64,000 nt of DNA. It comes from Nemertoderma westbladi (taxonomy: Eukaryota > Animalia > Xenacoelomorpha). Under the pieces are notes generated by a model. That model saw only the letters and a program-made list of their open reading frames with translations, did no database searches and was not told the origin of the DNA. The stretch spans positions 4,761 to 68,760 of the forward strand of contig JAUCBJ010001989.1 of assembly GCA_032718475.1 (NCBI GenBank). The letters run 5' to 3'. Positions 40,932 through 55,900 of the stretch are shown piece after piece. A program made the translations under genes and the position numbers. The number at the start of each line of letters is the position of its first letter. The stretch's first letter is position 1.

Positions 40932-43900
40932 CATGGTAAAAATGGGAAGTATCCATAGAAACGAAAACATTCCTTCCTATCCACTCATTTAAATCTAGCA
41001 GCAAGATGTCAAAAACCCTTGATGGCACCTCAATTTGTGAATTAATTGTTGAGAGCTTGCAGCACTTGAGGGGTAAATTCGTTGTATAAGGAGTTGGAAT
41101 AGGTATTGTTATAGTAGCAGTACAACTTGTTGCACTATATGTAGTTGGACAGGATACCGGTGAAGTTATGGTTGTTGATTCAAAACAGTCAAAATTTATA
41201 TATACTGATCCATAACTGTGGCAGTTATTATTGGTAAATTTCAGTTGCAAATAATATTCTTTAGTATTAAAACAGTCCATTTCTTCCAACACAATTATTT
41301 TGTTGTCTTTTATAGCAAAATAATTGTTCTTTGAATCTTGGGTTATAAGATAAACTGAAGGCAGTTCTCCATTAAAAAATGTTGAAATGTCGAATAATGG
41401 GGTTGTTGGAGATGTATTTTCTGGAATAGATAATTCAGCTTGGAATGACGGAATATCACAGCATGGCCTAGGAAGTTTTGTTGCACAAGGAGTTGGAGTA
41501 GGTGTGGTTGCAGTAATAGGACATGAAGTTGCTTTATATGTAGTTGGGCATGATACTGGTGTAGTTATAGTTGATATATCCATGCAGTCTATATTTATAT
41601 TTACTGACCCATAACTGTTGCAGTTATTATTGGTAAATTTAAGTTGTAAATAAAACTCATTCATATCAGAACAGTCAAGTTCTTTAATCAAAACTATTAA
41701 ATACTCATTTAGAGCAATATAATTGTTCTTTGGATCCACATATATAAGATTAACTGAAGGAACTTTTCCTTGAAAAACAGTCGATATGTCCAATAATGAT
41801 GCTGTTGGAAATGAATTATCTGGAATTGATAATTCAGCGTGAAGTGATGGAATATCACAGCAGTGCCTGGGAAGTTTTGTTGACCAAGGAGTTGGTGTAG
41901 GTGTGGTTATAGTAGCAGGGCATGATGTTGCCTTATATGTAGTTGGACAATATACAGGAGTAGTTGTAGTTGTTGACTCGATGCAGTCTACAATAATATT
42001 TACTGATCCAAAGCTGTTGCAGTTATTGTTAGAGAATTTAATTTGCAAATAAAACTCTTTAGTCTCGAAACAATCAAGTTCTTTCATCAAAACTAGTAAA
42101 TACTGATTTAGAGTGAAATAATTGTTCTTTGAATCCATATTTATGAGATTAGCTAAAGGCGCTTCCCCTTGAAAGGCATTTGATATGTCCAATAATGATA
42201 TTGATGGAGAAGCATTGTCTGGAATAGATATTTCAGCATGGAATGACGGAATATCACAGCATGGGTGGGGAAGTTTTGTAGTATATTGAGTTGGAGTGGG
42301 TGTGGTTGCAGTAATAGGACATGAAGTTGCTCTATATGTAGTTGGACATGATACAGGAGTAGTTATAGTTGATACTTCAATACAGTCTATATTTATATTC
42401 ACTGACCCATATCTGTTGCAGTTATTATTGGTAAATTTAAATTGTAAATAAAACTCTTTCGCATCGAAACAGTCAAGTTCTTTCATCAACACAATTAAAT
42501 TCTGATTTAGAGCGAAATAATTATTCTTTGGATCCATATTTATGAGACTAGCTGAAGGTACTTTCCCTTGAAAGACAGTTGATATGTCCAATAATGATAT
42601 TGATGGAGATGCATTGTCAGGAATAGATATTTCAGCATGGAATGATGCAATATCACAGCATGGCCGAGGAAGTTTTGTTGCACAAGGAGTTGGAGTATGT
42701 GTGGTTGCAGTAATAGGACATGAAGTTGCTCTATATGAAGTTGGGCATGATACAGGAGTAGTTATAGTTGATATTTCAATGCAGTCTAGAATTATATTCA
42801 CTGAACCATAACTGTTGCAGTTATTATTGGTAAATTTAAGTTGTAAATAAAACTCTTTTGCATCAAAACAGTCAAGTTCTTTCATCAACACAATTAAATA
42901 CTGATTTAGAGCAAAGTAATTGTTCTTTGAATCTTGGGTTATGATATAAACTGAAGGCAGTTCTCCATTAAAAAATGTTGAAATGTCGAATAATTGGGAT
43001 GTTGGAGATGTATTTTCTGGAATAGATAATTCAGCTTGGAATGACGGAATATCACAGCATGGCCTAGGAAGTTTTGTTACACAAGGAGATGGATTAGGTA
43101 TGGTCGCCGAAATTGGACATGAAGTTGCTCTATAAGTAGTTGGACATGATACAGGAGTAGATACAGTTGATACTTCAATACAGTCTATATTTATATTTAC
43201 TGAACCATAACTGTTGCATTTATTATTGGTAAATTTAAATTGTAAATAAAACTCTTTCGCATCGAAACAGTCAAGTTCTTTCATCAACACAATTAAATTC
43301 TGATTTAGAGCGAAATAATTATTCTTTGGATCTATATTTATGAGACTAGCTGAATGCACTTTCCCTTGAAAGAGAGTTGATATGTCCAATAATGATATTG
43401 ATGGAGATGCATTGTCTGGAATAGATATTTCTGCATGGAATGACGGAATATCACAGCATAGGTGGGGAAGTTTTGTAGTATATAGAGTTGGAGTAGGTGT
43501 GGTTTCAGTAATTGGACATGAAGTTGCTCTATATGAAGTTGGGCATGATACAGGAGTAGTTATAGTTGATATTTCAATGCAGTCTAGAATTATATTCACT
43601 GAACCATAACTGTTGCAGTTATTATTGGTAAATTTAAGTTGTAAATAAAACTCTTTTGCATCAAAACAGTCAAGTTCTTTCATCAACACAATTAAATACT
43701 GATTTAGAGCAAAGTAATTGTTCTTTGAATCTTGGGTTATGATATAAGCTGAAGGCAGTTCTCCTTTAAAAAATGTTGAAATGTCGAATAATTGGGATGT
43801 TGGAGATGTATTTTCTGGAATAGATAATTCAGCTTGGAATGACGGAATATCACAGCATGGCCTAGGAAGTTTTGTTACACAAGGAGATGGATTAGGTATG

Positions 43901-46900
43901 GTCACCGAAATTGGACATGAAGTTGCTCTATAAGTAGTTGGACATGATACAGGAGTAGATACAGTTGATACTTCAATACAGTCTATATTTATATTTACTG
44001 AACCATAACTGTTGCATTTATTATTTGTAAATTTCAGCTGTAAATAAAACTCTTTCGCATCAAAACAATCAAGTTCTTTCATCAAAACAATTAAATACTG
44101 ATTTAGAGCGAAATAATTATTCTTTGGATCCATATTTATGAGACTAGCTGAAGGCACTTTCCCTTGAAAGAGAGGTGATATGTCCAATAATGATATTGAT
44201 GGAGATGCATTGTCTGGAATAGATATTTCAGCATGGAATGACGGAATATCACAGCATAGGTGGGGAAGTTTTGTAGTATATAGAGTTGGAGAAGGTGTGG
44301 TTTCAGTAATTGGACATGAAGATGCTCTATATGTAGTTGGGCATGATACAGGAGTAGATACAGTTGATACTTCAATACAGTCTATATTTATATTCACTGA
44401 CCCATATCTGTTGCAGTTTTTATTGGTAAATTTTATTTGTAAATAAAACTCTTTCGCATTAAAACAGTCAAGTTCTTTAATCAAAACAATTAAATAATTA
44501 TCATTTAGAACAAAATAATTGTTCTTTGGATCTTGGTTTAAGAGATTAACTAAAGGAAATTTCCCTTGAAAGACTGTTGATATATCAAATAATGGTATTG
44601 ATGGAGATGTATTGTCTGGAATAGATAATTCAGCATGGAGCGAAGGAAGATCACAGCATGGCTGGGGAAATTTTGTTGTATATGGAGTTAGTGTTGGTGT
44701 GGTTGCAGTTATTGGGCAAGAAATTGCTCTATATGTGGTTGGACAAGATACTGGTAGTGAGGATACGGGAATATTTTCACATTTAATATTAATCTTCACT
44801 GATCCATAGCCCCTACAGTTTAAATTTTCAAAAGATAGTTGAAGATACATGTCTTCTATATCGTTACATTCGAGTTGATTTACAATCATTAGTCTGTATG
44901 AATCTATTAGAAAGTATTCATTTTTTGGATCTCTGTTCCAGATCTTTATCGTGGTATTCGAGCCTTGAAAATACTTCGCAAAGTTATAAATAAGTGATGG
45001 TACACGAACAATCTGACCATAAATTGATAGTTCAGCATTGATTGTTGGTATTATGCAGCACTTTCCTGGAAGTTTTGTTGTACAAGGAGTTGGAGTAGGT
45101 GTGGTTGCAGTAATAGGACATGAAGTTGCTCTATATGTAGTTGGACATGATACAGGAGTAGTTATAGTTGATATTTCCATGCAGTCTATTATTATATTCA
45201 CTGATCCATAACTGTTGCAGTCATTAGAGCTAAATTTAAGTTGTAAGTAAAACTCTTTCATATCAGAACAGGCAAGTTCTTTCATCAAAACAATTACATG
45301 CTCATTAAGAGCAAAATAATTGTTCTTTGGATCCACGTATATAAGATAAACTGAAGGAACTCTTCCTTGAAAGACAGTAGATATGTCCAATAATGATGCT
45401 GTTGGAGATGAGTTATCTGGAATAGATAATTCAGCGTGAAGTGATGGAATTTCACAGCATGGCCTGGGAAGTTTTGTTGCACAAGGAGTTGGTGTAGGTG
45501 TGGTTATAGTAGCAGGGCATGATGTTGCCTTATATGTAGTTGGACAATATACAGGAGTAGTTGTAGTTGTTGACTCGATGCAGTCTACAATAATATTTAC
45601 TGATCCAAAGCTGTTGCAGTTATTGTTAGAAAATTTAAGTTGCAAATAAAACTCTTTGGTCTCAAAACAGTTAAGATTTTTTACCAAAACAATCATGTAG
45701 TCTTTTAGAGAAAAATAAATGTTCTGAGGCTCTGTGATTAAGAGATAAACTGAAGGCAGGTTTCCTTGAAGAGCTGCTGATATGTCAAATAATTGCGCTG
45801 CCGGATTTGTATTTTCTGAAATAGAGATTTCAGCACTGAAAGAGGGAAGGTCACAGCAGCTTATTGGCAAATTTGTTGGACATGGAGTTGGGGGAAGCAT
45901 TGTAGGCAAAACCTCAGATGCAGGACAAATCAATGGACAGATAGGTCGCAGCAGCACTTCAGAAATAGATATTGGAAATCGATCAGGTTCTAGAATATTA
46001 CTACTTTTTAGTGCATCTTCAAGTTGAATACTGGTAGCAAGCTTCTGGTTTGATTTATCAATTGCAGTCAAAATAATTGCATTTGTAGACAACAATGCAT
46101 TACAATCTTTGTCATAATGTTGCTTTATTGCATATATAGCTGTTTGATATGAATTAGTAATTTCAGCATTTATTGCTTCTAAAAATCCATTCTCATTAGA
46201 TGCAATTTCATCTCTACCTTCATTTGTAAGCAATATTAATTGGTATTCTTCATTTGTTACACACATATCAATCATAACAGTATTGCTTTCTGAAGTTCCA
46301 ATATCTGTTGCTTTGGTTTCACATTGGAAGCATTCACCTTTTAGTGTTGTAATATAATCGGAGGTTCGCAGTATGCCAGAAGTTTTATCAATAGCAAATA
46401 ATGAACATTCAGTTGAGCTTTGTAGACTATATTCTGTTTTTCCATTGCCAACTATATCAACATCACTTGTAGTTAGTGCCGCTATAAAACTATATGGAGG
46501 TAGACAAGCATCAAAAGTAAATTGATAAAGGCCCTCAAATTGTGGTGGATTATCATTTGTATCCAGAATGCTAATGTCAATAACAGCTATAGATATGCAT
46601 AATTCACCAATTAGATTTATTTTAATTGTATGCCTATTCTTAATTTCATAATCAGAACCTTTTATATCAATAGCTTTATTGCGAACTACAAAGTTATCAA
46701 AATCATTTCCACCATCAACTTTTTCAATTGTAATACTTTGCAAAGAAGCCAAGTTATCAAAATCATGAACTTCAACAAATTGTGAATTTTCAGTTACTTC
46801 TGCAGTTTCATATAACCCATGGCACCAGTCTGGAAGAGGAGATGAACACTTACTGAAACATTTTACTGCATCATGATGGTCGATGTAATTCAATCCAATG

Positions 46901-49900
46901 TCAAGCAGTTCTTTAGTTGTATCAGTCAGATCACTGCTTAGTATTGTATATATCTGTTTGGAGGTCATCAGTACATACTTATCACTGGAAGTAAAATCAC
47001 CTAAACGTACTGCAGTAAATTCAATAGTGCTTTCACCAGCTTTGGGGTTACAACTTTGGTCATAACGTAGAGCTACATTTCTAATCATAATGTTGCGAAA
47101 TGATTCTAAACTTAATGTACGTGAAAGTATTTGTTTTACTTCAGATATCGAATTTTCAACATCTTTTAGTGGATTATTGAAATGCACACCAGCCACATTT
47201 GCATCAGTATGAATACAAAGATTAGCATTGGTATTTTTTGTGTGACCATTGGCATCCACAACCTGTGGTGAGCATAATTTGCATATACCAATGTCAGTTG
47301 AATCAGCCTCACTATCCATACGAACCATACCTGTACTCCCATGGACAGAAAATGGTAAACAATTTGGTAAACTGTAAGTGAGAGTATCTTTAGGATCAAC
47401 ATCTTGGGCAACAAGTTTAACAACATCAGTTCCCAATTTGTCACATTTATTAGCAACACCAAAAAATGTATTCTCAGTAAACCGCGGAAATTCATCGTTT
47501 ATATTTCTCACAATTACAGTCACTGTAGCAAAACGTATACAATGCTGTAACAACACTTTAACACTAAGAACGTATTGAATTTCACCTGTATCAAAGTCAA
47601 GTGGAGTAAGTGTTACAATTTTATTTGGATTTTCTACACCAAATAAACCTTGTATGTCCCCTTTAACAATTTCAATTTCAGTTACACCTTCTACATTTAT
47701 AATTCCAACTTCAGTATCAGCACTATTTTCTACTACATTGAATGTTTCATAAATAGCATCTGAAAAGATACATGATAACATTGGAGTTGTAGTAGGGCAC
47801 AGTACTGGCTCAGCTGTTGTCATTAATTCATAATAATTTATATTTATATTCACTGACCCATAACTGTTGCAGTTGTTGTTGGTGAATTTAAGTTGCAAAT
47901 AAAACTCTTTAGTATCATAGTAGTCGAGTTCTTTGTTCAAAAATATTATATAGTCCTTTACAGCAAAATAATTGCTCTTTGGATCTGGGTTTATGAGAAA
48001 AACTGAAGGCAGTTTTCCTTTAAAGGCTGTTGATATGTCCAATAATGATGTTGCTGGAACTGTGTTGTCTGGAATAGATAATTCAGCATGGAGTGAAGGA
48101 ATATCACAGCATGGCCTAGGAAGTTTTGTTGTACAAGGAGTTAGAGTAGGTGTGGTTGCAGTAATAGGACATGAAGTTGCTCTATATGTAGTTGGGCATG
48201 ATACTGGTGTAGTTATAGTTGAAATTCCAATACAGTCTATATTTATATTTACTGAACCATAACTGTTGCAATTATTAATGGTAAATTTCAGTTGTAAATA
48301 AAACTCTTTCACATCAAAACAATCATGTTCTTTAATCAAAACTATTAAATTCTCATTTAGAGCAAAATAATTGTTCTTTGTATCAGGGTTTATCAGATTA
48401 ATTAAAGGCATTTTCCCTTGAAAGGAAGTTGATATGTCCAATAATGATATTGATGGAGATGTATTGTCTGGAATAGATATTTCAGCATGGAGTGAAGGAA
48501 TATCACAGCATGGCCTAGGAAGTTTTGTTGCACAAGGGGTTGGAGTAGGTATGGTTGCAGTAATGGGACATGAGGTTGCTCTATAGGTAGTTGGGCATGA
48601 AACTGGTGTAGTTATAGATGATATATCAGTACAGTCTATAATGATATTCACTGACCCATAACTGTTGCAGTTATTATTGGTAAGTTTCAGTTGTAAATAA
48701 AACTCTTTTATATCAGAACAGTCAAGTTCTTTAATCAAAACTATTAAATACTCGTTTAGAGCAAAATAATTGTTCTTTGTATCAGGGTTTATGAGATTAA
48801 TTAAAGGCATTTTCCCTTGAAAGGAAGTTGATATGTCCAATAATGATATTGATGGAGATGTATTGTCTGGAATAGATAATTCAGCATGGAGTGAAGGAAT
48901 ATCACAGCATGGCCTAGGAAGTTTTGTTGCACAAGGGGTTGGAGTAGGTATGGTTGCAGTAATGGGACATGAGGTTGCTCTATATGTAGTTGGGCATGAT
49001 ACTGGTAGTGATGATATGGGAATATTTTCACATTTAATATTAATCTTCACTGATCCATAGCCCCTACAGTTTAAATTTTCAAAAGATATTTGAAGATATA
49101 TGTCTGTGATATGATTACATTCTAGTTGATTAACAATCATTAGTCGGTATGAATCCATTAGAAAATATTCATTTTTTGGATCTCTGTTCCAGATCTTTAT
49201 CGTGGTATTCGAGCCGTGAAAATACTTAGCAAAGTTATAAATAAGTGATGGTACACGAACAATCTGACCATAAATTGATAGTTCAGCATTGATTGTTGGT
49301 ATTATGCAGCACTTTCCTGGAAGTTTTGTTGTACAAGGAGTTGGAGTAGGTGTGGTTGCAGTAATAGGACATGAAGTTGCTCTATATGTAGTTGGACATG
49401 ATACAGGAGTAGTTATAGTTGATATTTCAATGCAGTCTACATTTATATTCACTGACCCATAACTGTTGCAGTTATTATTGGTAAATTTCAGGTGTAAATA
49501 AAACTCTTTCATATCAGAACAATCAAGTTCTTTCATCAAAACAATTAGATACTCATTAAGAGCAAAATATTTGTTCTTTGGATCTTTACTTACAATATTA
49601 ACTAAAAGTAATTTCGCTTGAAAGACTGTTGATATGTCAAATAATGGTATTGATGGAGATGTATTGGCTGGAATAGATAATTCAGCATGAAGTGAAGGGA
49701 TATCACAGCATGGCTGGGGAAGTTTTGTTGCACAAGGAGTTGGAGTAGGTGTGGTTGCAGTAATAGGACATGAAGTTGCTCTATATGTAGTTGGACATGA
49801 TACAGGAGTAGTTATAGTTGATATTTCAATGCAGTCTACATTTATATTGACTGACCCATAACTGTTGCAGTTATTATTGGTAAATTTCAGTTGTAAATAA

Positions 49901-52900
49901 AACTCTGTAGCATCAAAACAGTTAACTTCTTTCATCAAAACAATTGAATACCCGTTTAGAGCAAAATAATTGTTCTTCAGATCTGGATTTATGAGATTAA
50001 CTAAAGGCACTTTCCCTTTAAAGATAGTTGATATGTCCAATAATGATTTTAATGGAGATGCATTGTCTGGAATAGACATTTCAGCATGGAATGACGGAAT
50101 ATCACAGCAAGGTTTCTTTGGAAGTTTGGTTGTACATGGAGTTGGTGTTGGTGTGGTTGAAGTTATTGGACAAGAAGATGCTCTATATGTGGTTGGACAA
50201 GATACTGGTAGTGAGGATACGGGAATATTTTCACATTTAATATTAATCTTCACTGATCCATAGCCCCTACAGTTTAAATTTTCAAAAGATAGTTGAAGAT
50301 ACATGTCTATTATATCGTAACATTCGAGTTGATTAACAATCATTAGTTGGTATGAATCCATTAGAAAGTAATCATTTTTTGGATCTCTGTTCCAGATCTT
50401 TATAGTTGTATGCGAGCCATGAAAATACTTAGCAAAGTTATAAATAAGTGATGGTACTCTATCAATCTGACCATATATTGTCAATTCAGCATTGATTGTT
50501 GGTATTATGCAGCACTTTCCTGGAAGTTTTGTTGTACAAGGAGTTGGAGTGGGTGTGGTTGCAGTAATAGGACATGAAGTTGCTCTATATGTAGTTGGGC
50601 ATGATACAGGTGTAGTTATAGTTGATATTTCGATGCAGTCTATATTTATATTCACTGAACCATAACTGTTGCAGTTATTATTGGTAAATTTCAGTTGTAA
50701 ATATAACTCTTTCATAACAGAACAGTCAAGTTCTTTTATCAAAACAATTAAATACTCATTTAGAGCAATATAATTGTTCTTTGGATCTGGATTTATGAGA
50801 TTAACTAGAGGAACTTTCTCTTCAAAGACAGTTGATAAGTCAAATAATGATGTTGCTGGAATTGTATTGTCTGGAATCGATAACTCAACATGGAGTGAAG
50901 GAATATCACAGCATGGCATAAGGGGTTTTGTTGCACAAGGAGTTGGAGTAGGTGTGGTTGCAGTAATAGGACATGAAGTTGCTCTATATGTAGTTGGGCA
51001 TGATACAGGTGTAGTTATAGTTGATATTTCGATGCAGTCTATATTTATATTCACTGAACCATAACTGTTGCAGTTATTATTGGTAAATTTCAGTTGTAAA
51101 TATAACTCTTTCATAACAGAACAGTCAAGTTCTTTTATCAAAACAATTAAATACTCATTTAGAGCAATATAATTGTTCTTTGGATCTGGATTTATGAGAT
51201 TAACTAGAGGAACTTTCTCTTCAAAGACAGTTGATAAGTCAAATAATGATGTTGCTGGAATTGTATTGTCTGGAATCGATAACTCAACATGGACTGAAGG
51301 AATATCACAGCATGGCATAAGGGGTTTTGTTGCACAAGGAGTTGGAGTAGGTGTAGTTGCAGTAATAGGACATGAAGTTGCTCTATATGTAGTTGGGCAT
51401 GATACTGGTGTAGTTATAGTTGATATTTCAATGCAGTCAATTTTTATATTCACTGACCCATAACTGTTGCAGTTATTATTGGTAAATTTCAGTTGTAAAT
51501 AAAACTCTGTAGCATCAAAACAGTTAACTTCTTTCATCAAAACAATAAGATACTCATTTAGAGCAAAATAATTGTTCTTTGGATCAGGGTTTATGAGATT
51601 AACTAGAGGAACTTTTCCTTGAAAGACTGTTGATATATCTAATAATGGTATTGATGGAGATGTATTGTCTGGAATAGATAATTCAGCGTGGATTGATGGA
51701 ATATCACAGCAAGGCTTTGGAAGTTTGGTTGTAAAAGGAGTTGGTGTTGGTGTGGTTGAAGTTATTGGACAAGAAGATGCTTTATATGTGGTTGGACAAG
51801 ATACTGGTAGTGAGGATACAGGAATATTTTCACATTTAATATTAATCTTAATTGCTCCATAGCCCCTACAGTTTAAATTTCCAAAAGATATTTGAAGATA
51901 CATGTCTGTTATATCATTACATTCGAGATGTTTAACAATCATTAGTCGGTATGAATCCATTAGAAAGTATTCATTTTTTGGATCTCTGTTCCATATCTTT
52001 ATGGTGGTATCCGATCCAGAAAAATATTTAGCAAAATTGTACAATAATGAGGGTACACGTTCAATCATACCATTGATTGTCAATTCAGCATTGAGAGTTG
52101 GAATTGCACAGCACTTTATTGGAAGATTAGTTGTACACGGAGTTGGTGTCGGTATGGTTGCAGTGGCAGGACAAGATGTTGCTCTATATGTAGTTGGACA
52201 GGATACAGGAGTAGTTAGAGTTGTTGCCACAACACAGTCTGTAATTACATTTACTGACCCATAACTGTTGCAGTTATTGTTGAAGAATTTAAGTTCCAAA
52301 TATAATTCTTTATTATGAAAACAATCAAGTTCTTTAATCAAAACTATTAAATAGTTATTTAGAGCAAAATAATTTTTCCTTGGATCAGGGTTTATGAGAT
52401 AAACAGAAGGCAGCTTTCCAGTGAAAAATGTTGAAATGTCCAATAATGATGTTGCTGGAACTACATTGTCTGGAATAGATAATTCAGCATGGAGTGAAGG
52501 AATATCACAGCATGGCCTAGGAAGTTTTGTACTATATGGAGTTGGAGTAGGTGTGGTTGCAGCTATAGTACAAGGAGATGCTCTATATGATGTTGGACAA
52601 GATACTTCTGGCAAAGTTGCAGAAATTAGTTTACACTTAATATTGATCTTTACTGATCCATAACCTATACAGTGGAAATTTGAAAATGAAAGTTGAAGAT
52701 ACATGTCTTCTATATCATTACATTCGAGTTGCTTAACAATCATTAGTCTGTATAAATCTATTTGAAAATATTCATTTTTTGGATCTCTGTTCCATATCTT
52801 TATAGTGGTATCCGATTCAGGAAAATACTTAGCAAAGTTATAAATAAGTGATGGAACACGAACAATCTGACCATAAATTGATAGTTCAGCATTGAGAGTT

Positions 52901-55900
52901 GGTATTATGCAGCAATTTCTTGGAAGTTTTGTTGTACATGGAGTTGGAGTTGGTATGGTTGCAGTAATAGGACATGAAGTTGCTTTATATGTAGTTGGAC
53001 ATGATACAGGAGTAGTTATAGTTGATATTTCAATGCAGTCTATATTTATATTTATGAACCCATAACTGTTGCAGTTATTGTTTGCAAATTTAAGCTGTAA
53101 ATAAAATTCTTTTGTAACATAACAGTTAAGTTCTTTCATCAAAATAATTAAATACTCATTTAGAGCAAAATAATTGTTCTTTGGATCAGGATTTATGAGA
53201 TTAACTAGAGGAACTTTTCCTTGAAAGACGGTTGATATGTCAAATAATGATATTGATGGAGATGTATTGTCTGGAATAGATAATTCAGCATGGAGTGAAG
53301 GAATATCACAGCATGGCCGGGGAAGTTTTGTTGCACAAGGGGTTGGAGTAGGTGTAGTTGCAGTAACAGGACATGAAGTTGCTCTATATGTAGTTGGGCA
53401 GGATACTGGTGTAGTTATAGTTGATATATCCATGCAGTCTATATTTATATTCACTGAACCATAACTGTTGCAGTTATTATTGGTAAATTTCAGTTCCAAA
53501 TAAAACTCTTTTATATCAGAACAGTCAAGTTCTTTTGTTAAAACAATTAAATACTCATTTAGAGCAAAATAAATGTTCTTGTGACCAGGATTTATGAGAT
53601 TAATAAGGGGAACTTTTCCTTTAAAGACAGTTGATATGTCCAATAATGATATTGATGGAGATGTATTGTCTGGAATAGATAATTCAGCATGGAGTGAAGG
53701 AATATCACAGCATGGCCGAGGAAGTTTTGTTGTACAAGGAGTTGGAGTTGGTGTGGTTGCAGTAATAGGACATGAAGTTGCTCTATATGTGGTTGGACAT
53801 GATATGGGAGTAGATACAGTTGATACTTCAATACAGTCTATATTTATATTCACTGAACCATAACTGTTGCAGTTATTATTATTGGTAAATTTCAGTTGTA
53901 AATAAAACTCTTTCACATCAAAACAGTCAAGTTCTTTCATCAAAATGATTAAATGCTGATTGAGAGCAAAATAATTATTTTTTGGATCAGGATTTATGAT
54001 ATTAACAAGAGGAACTTGACCATTAAAGATTGTTGATATGTCTAATAATGATATTGACAGAGATGTATTGTCTGGAATCGATAATTCAGCATGAAGCGAA
54101 GGAATATCACAGCATGGCCTAGGGAGTTTCGTTACGCAAGGAGTTGGAGTAGGTGTGGTTGCAGTAATAGGACATGAAGTTGCTCTATATGTGGTTGGAC
54201 ATGATATGGGAGTAGATACAGTTGATACTTCAATACAGTCTATATTTATATTCACTGAACCATAACTGTTGCAGTTATTATTATTGGTAAATTTCAGTTG
54301 TAAATAAAACTCTTTCACATCAAAACAGTCAAGTTCTTTCATCAAAATGATTAAATGCTGATTGAGAGCAAAATAATTATTTTTTGGATCAGGATTTATG
54401 ATATTAACAAGAGGAACTTGACCATTAAAGATTGTTGATATGTCTAATAATGATATTGACAGAGATGTATTGTCTGGAATCGATAATTCAGCATGAAGCG
54501 AAGGAATATCACAGCATGGCCTAGGGAGTTTCGTTACGCAAGGAGTTGGAGTAGGTGTGGTTGCAGTAATAGGACATGAAGTTGCTCTATATGTAGTTGG
54601 ACATGATACAGAAGTAGTTATAGTTGATATTTCCATGCAGTCTATATTTATATTCACTGAACCATAACTGTTGCAGTTGTTATTGGTAAATTTCAGTTCC
54701 AAATAAAACTCTTTTATATCAGAACAGTCAAGTTCTTTTGTTAAAACAATTAAATACTCATTTAGAGCAAAATAAATGTTCTTGGGACCAGGATTTATGA
54801 GATTAACTAGGGGAACTTCTCCTTTAAAGACAGTTGATATGTCCAATAATGATATTGATGGAGATGTATTGTCTGGAATAGATAATTCAGCATGGAGTGA
54901 AGGAATATCACAGCATGGCTGGGGAAGTTTTGTTGCACAAGGAGTTGGAGTAGGTGTGGTTGCAGTAATAGGACATGAAGTTGCTCTATATGTGGTTGGA
55001 CATGATATGGGAGTAGATACAGTTGATACTTCAATACAGTCTATATTTATATTTACTGACCCATAACTGTTGCAGTTATTATTATTGGTAAATTTAAGTT
55101 GTAAATAAAACTCTTTCACATCAAAACAGTCAAGTTCTTTTGTTAAAACAATTAAATACTCATTTAGAGCAAAATAAATGTTCTTGGGACCAGGATTTAT
55201 GAGATTAACTAGGGGAACTTTTCCTTTAAAGACAGTTGATATGTCCAATAATGATATTGATGGAGATGTATTGTCTGGAATAGATAATTCAGCATAGAGT
55301 GAAGGAATATCACAGCATGGCTGGGGAAGTTTTGTTGCACAAGGAGTTGGAGTAGGTGTGGTTGCAGTAATAGGACATGAAGTTGCTCTATATGTAGTTG
55401 GACATGATACTGGAGTAGTTGTAGTTGTTGACTCAATGCAGTCTACAATAATATTTACTGATCCAAAGCTGTAGCAGTTATTGTTAGAAAATTTAATTTG
55501 CAAATAAAACTCTTTGGTCTCAAAACAGTTAAGATTCTTCACCAAAACTATCATGTAGTCTTTTAGAGTAAAATAAATAATTTTTGGCTCCGTGATTAAG
55601 AGATAAACTGAAGGCAGGTGTCCTTGAAGAGCTGCTGATATGTCAAATAATTGCGCTGGTGGATTTGTATTTTCTGAAATAAAGATTTTAGCACTGAAAG
55701 AGGGAAGGTTACAGCAGCTAATTGGCAAATTTGTTGGACATGGAGTTGGGGGAAGCATTGTAGGCAAAACCTCAAATGCAGGACAAATCAATGGACAGAT
55801 AGGTCGCAGCAGCACTTCAGAAATAGATATTGGAAATCGATCAGGTTCTAGAATATTACTACTTTTTAGTGCATCTTCAAGTTGATTACTAGTAGCAAGC

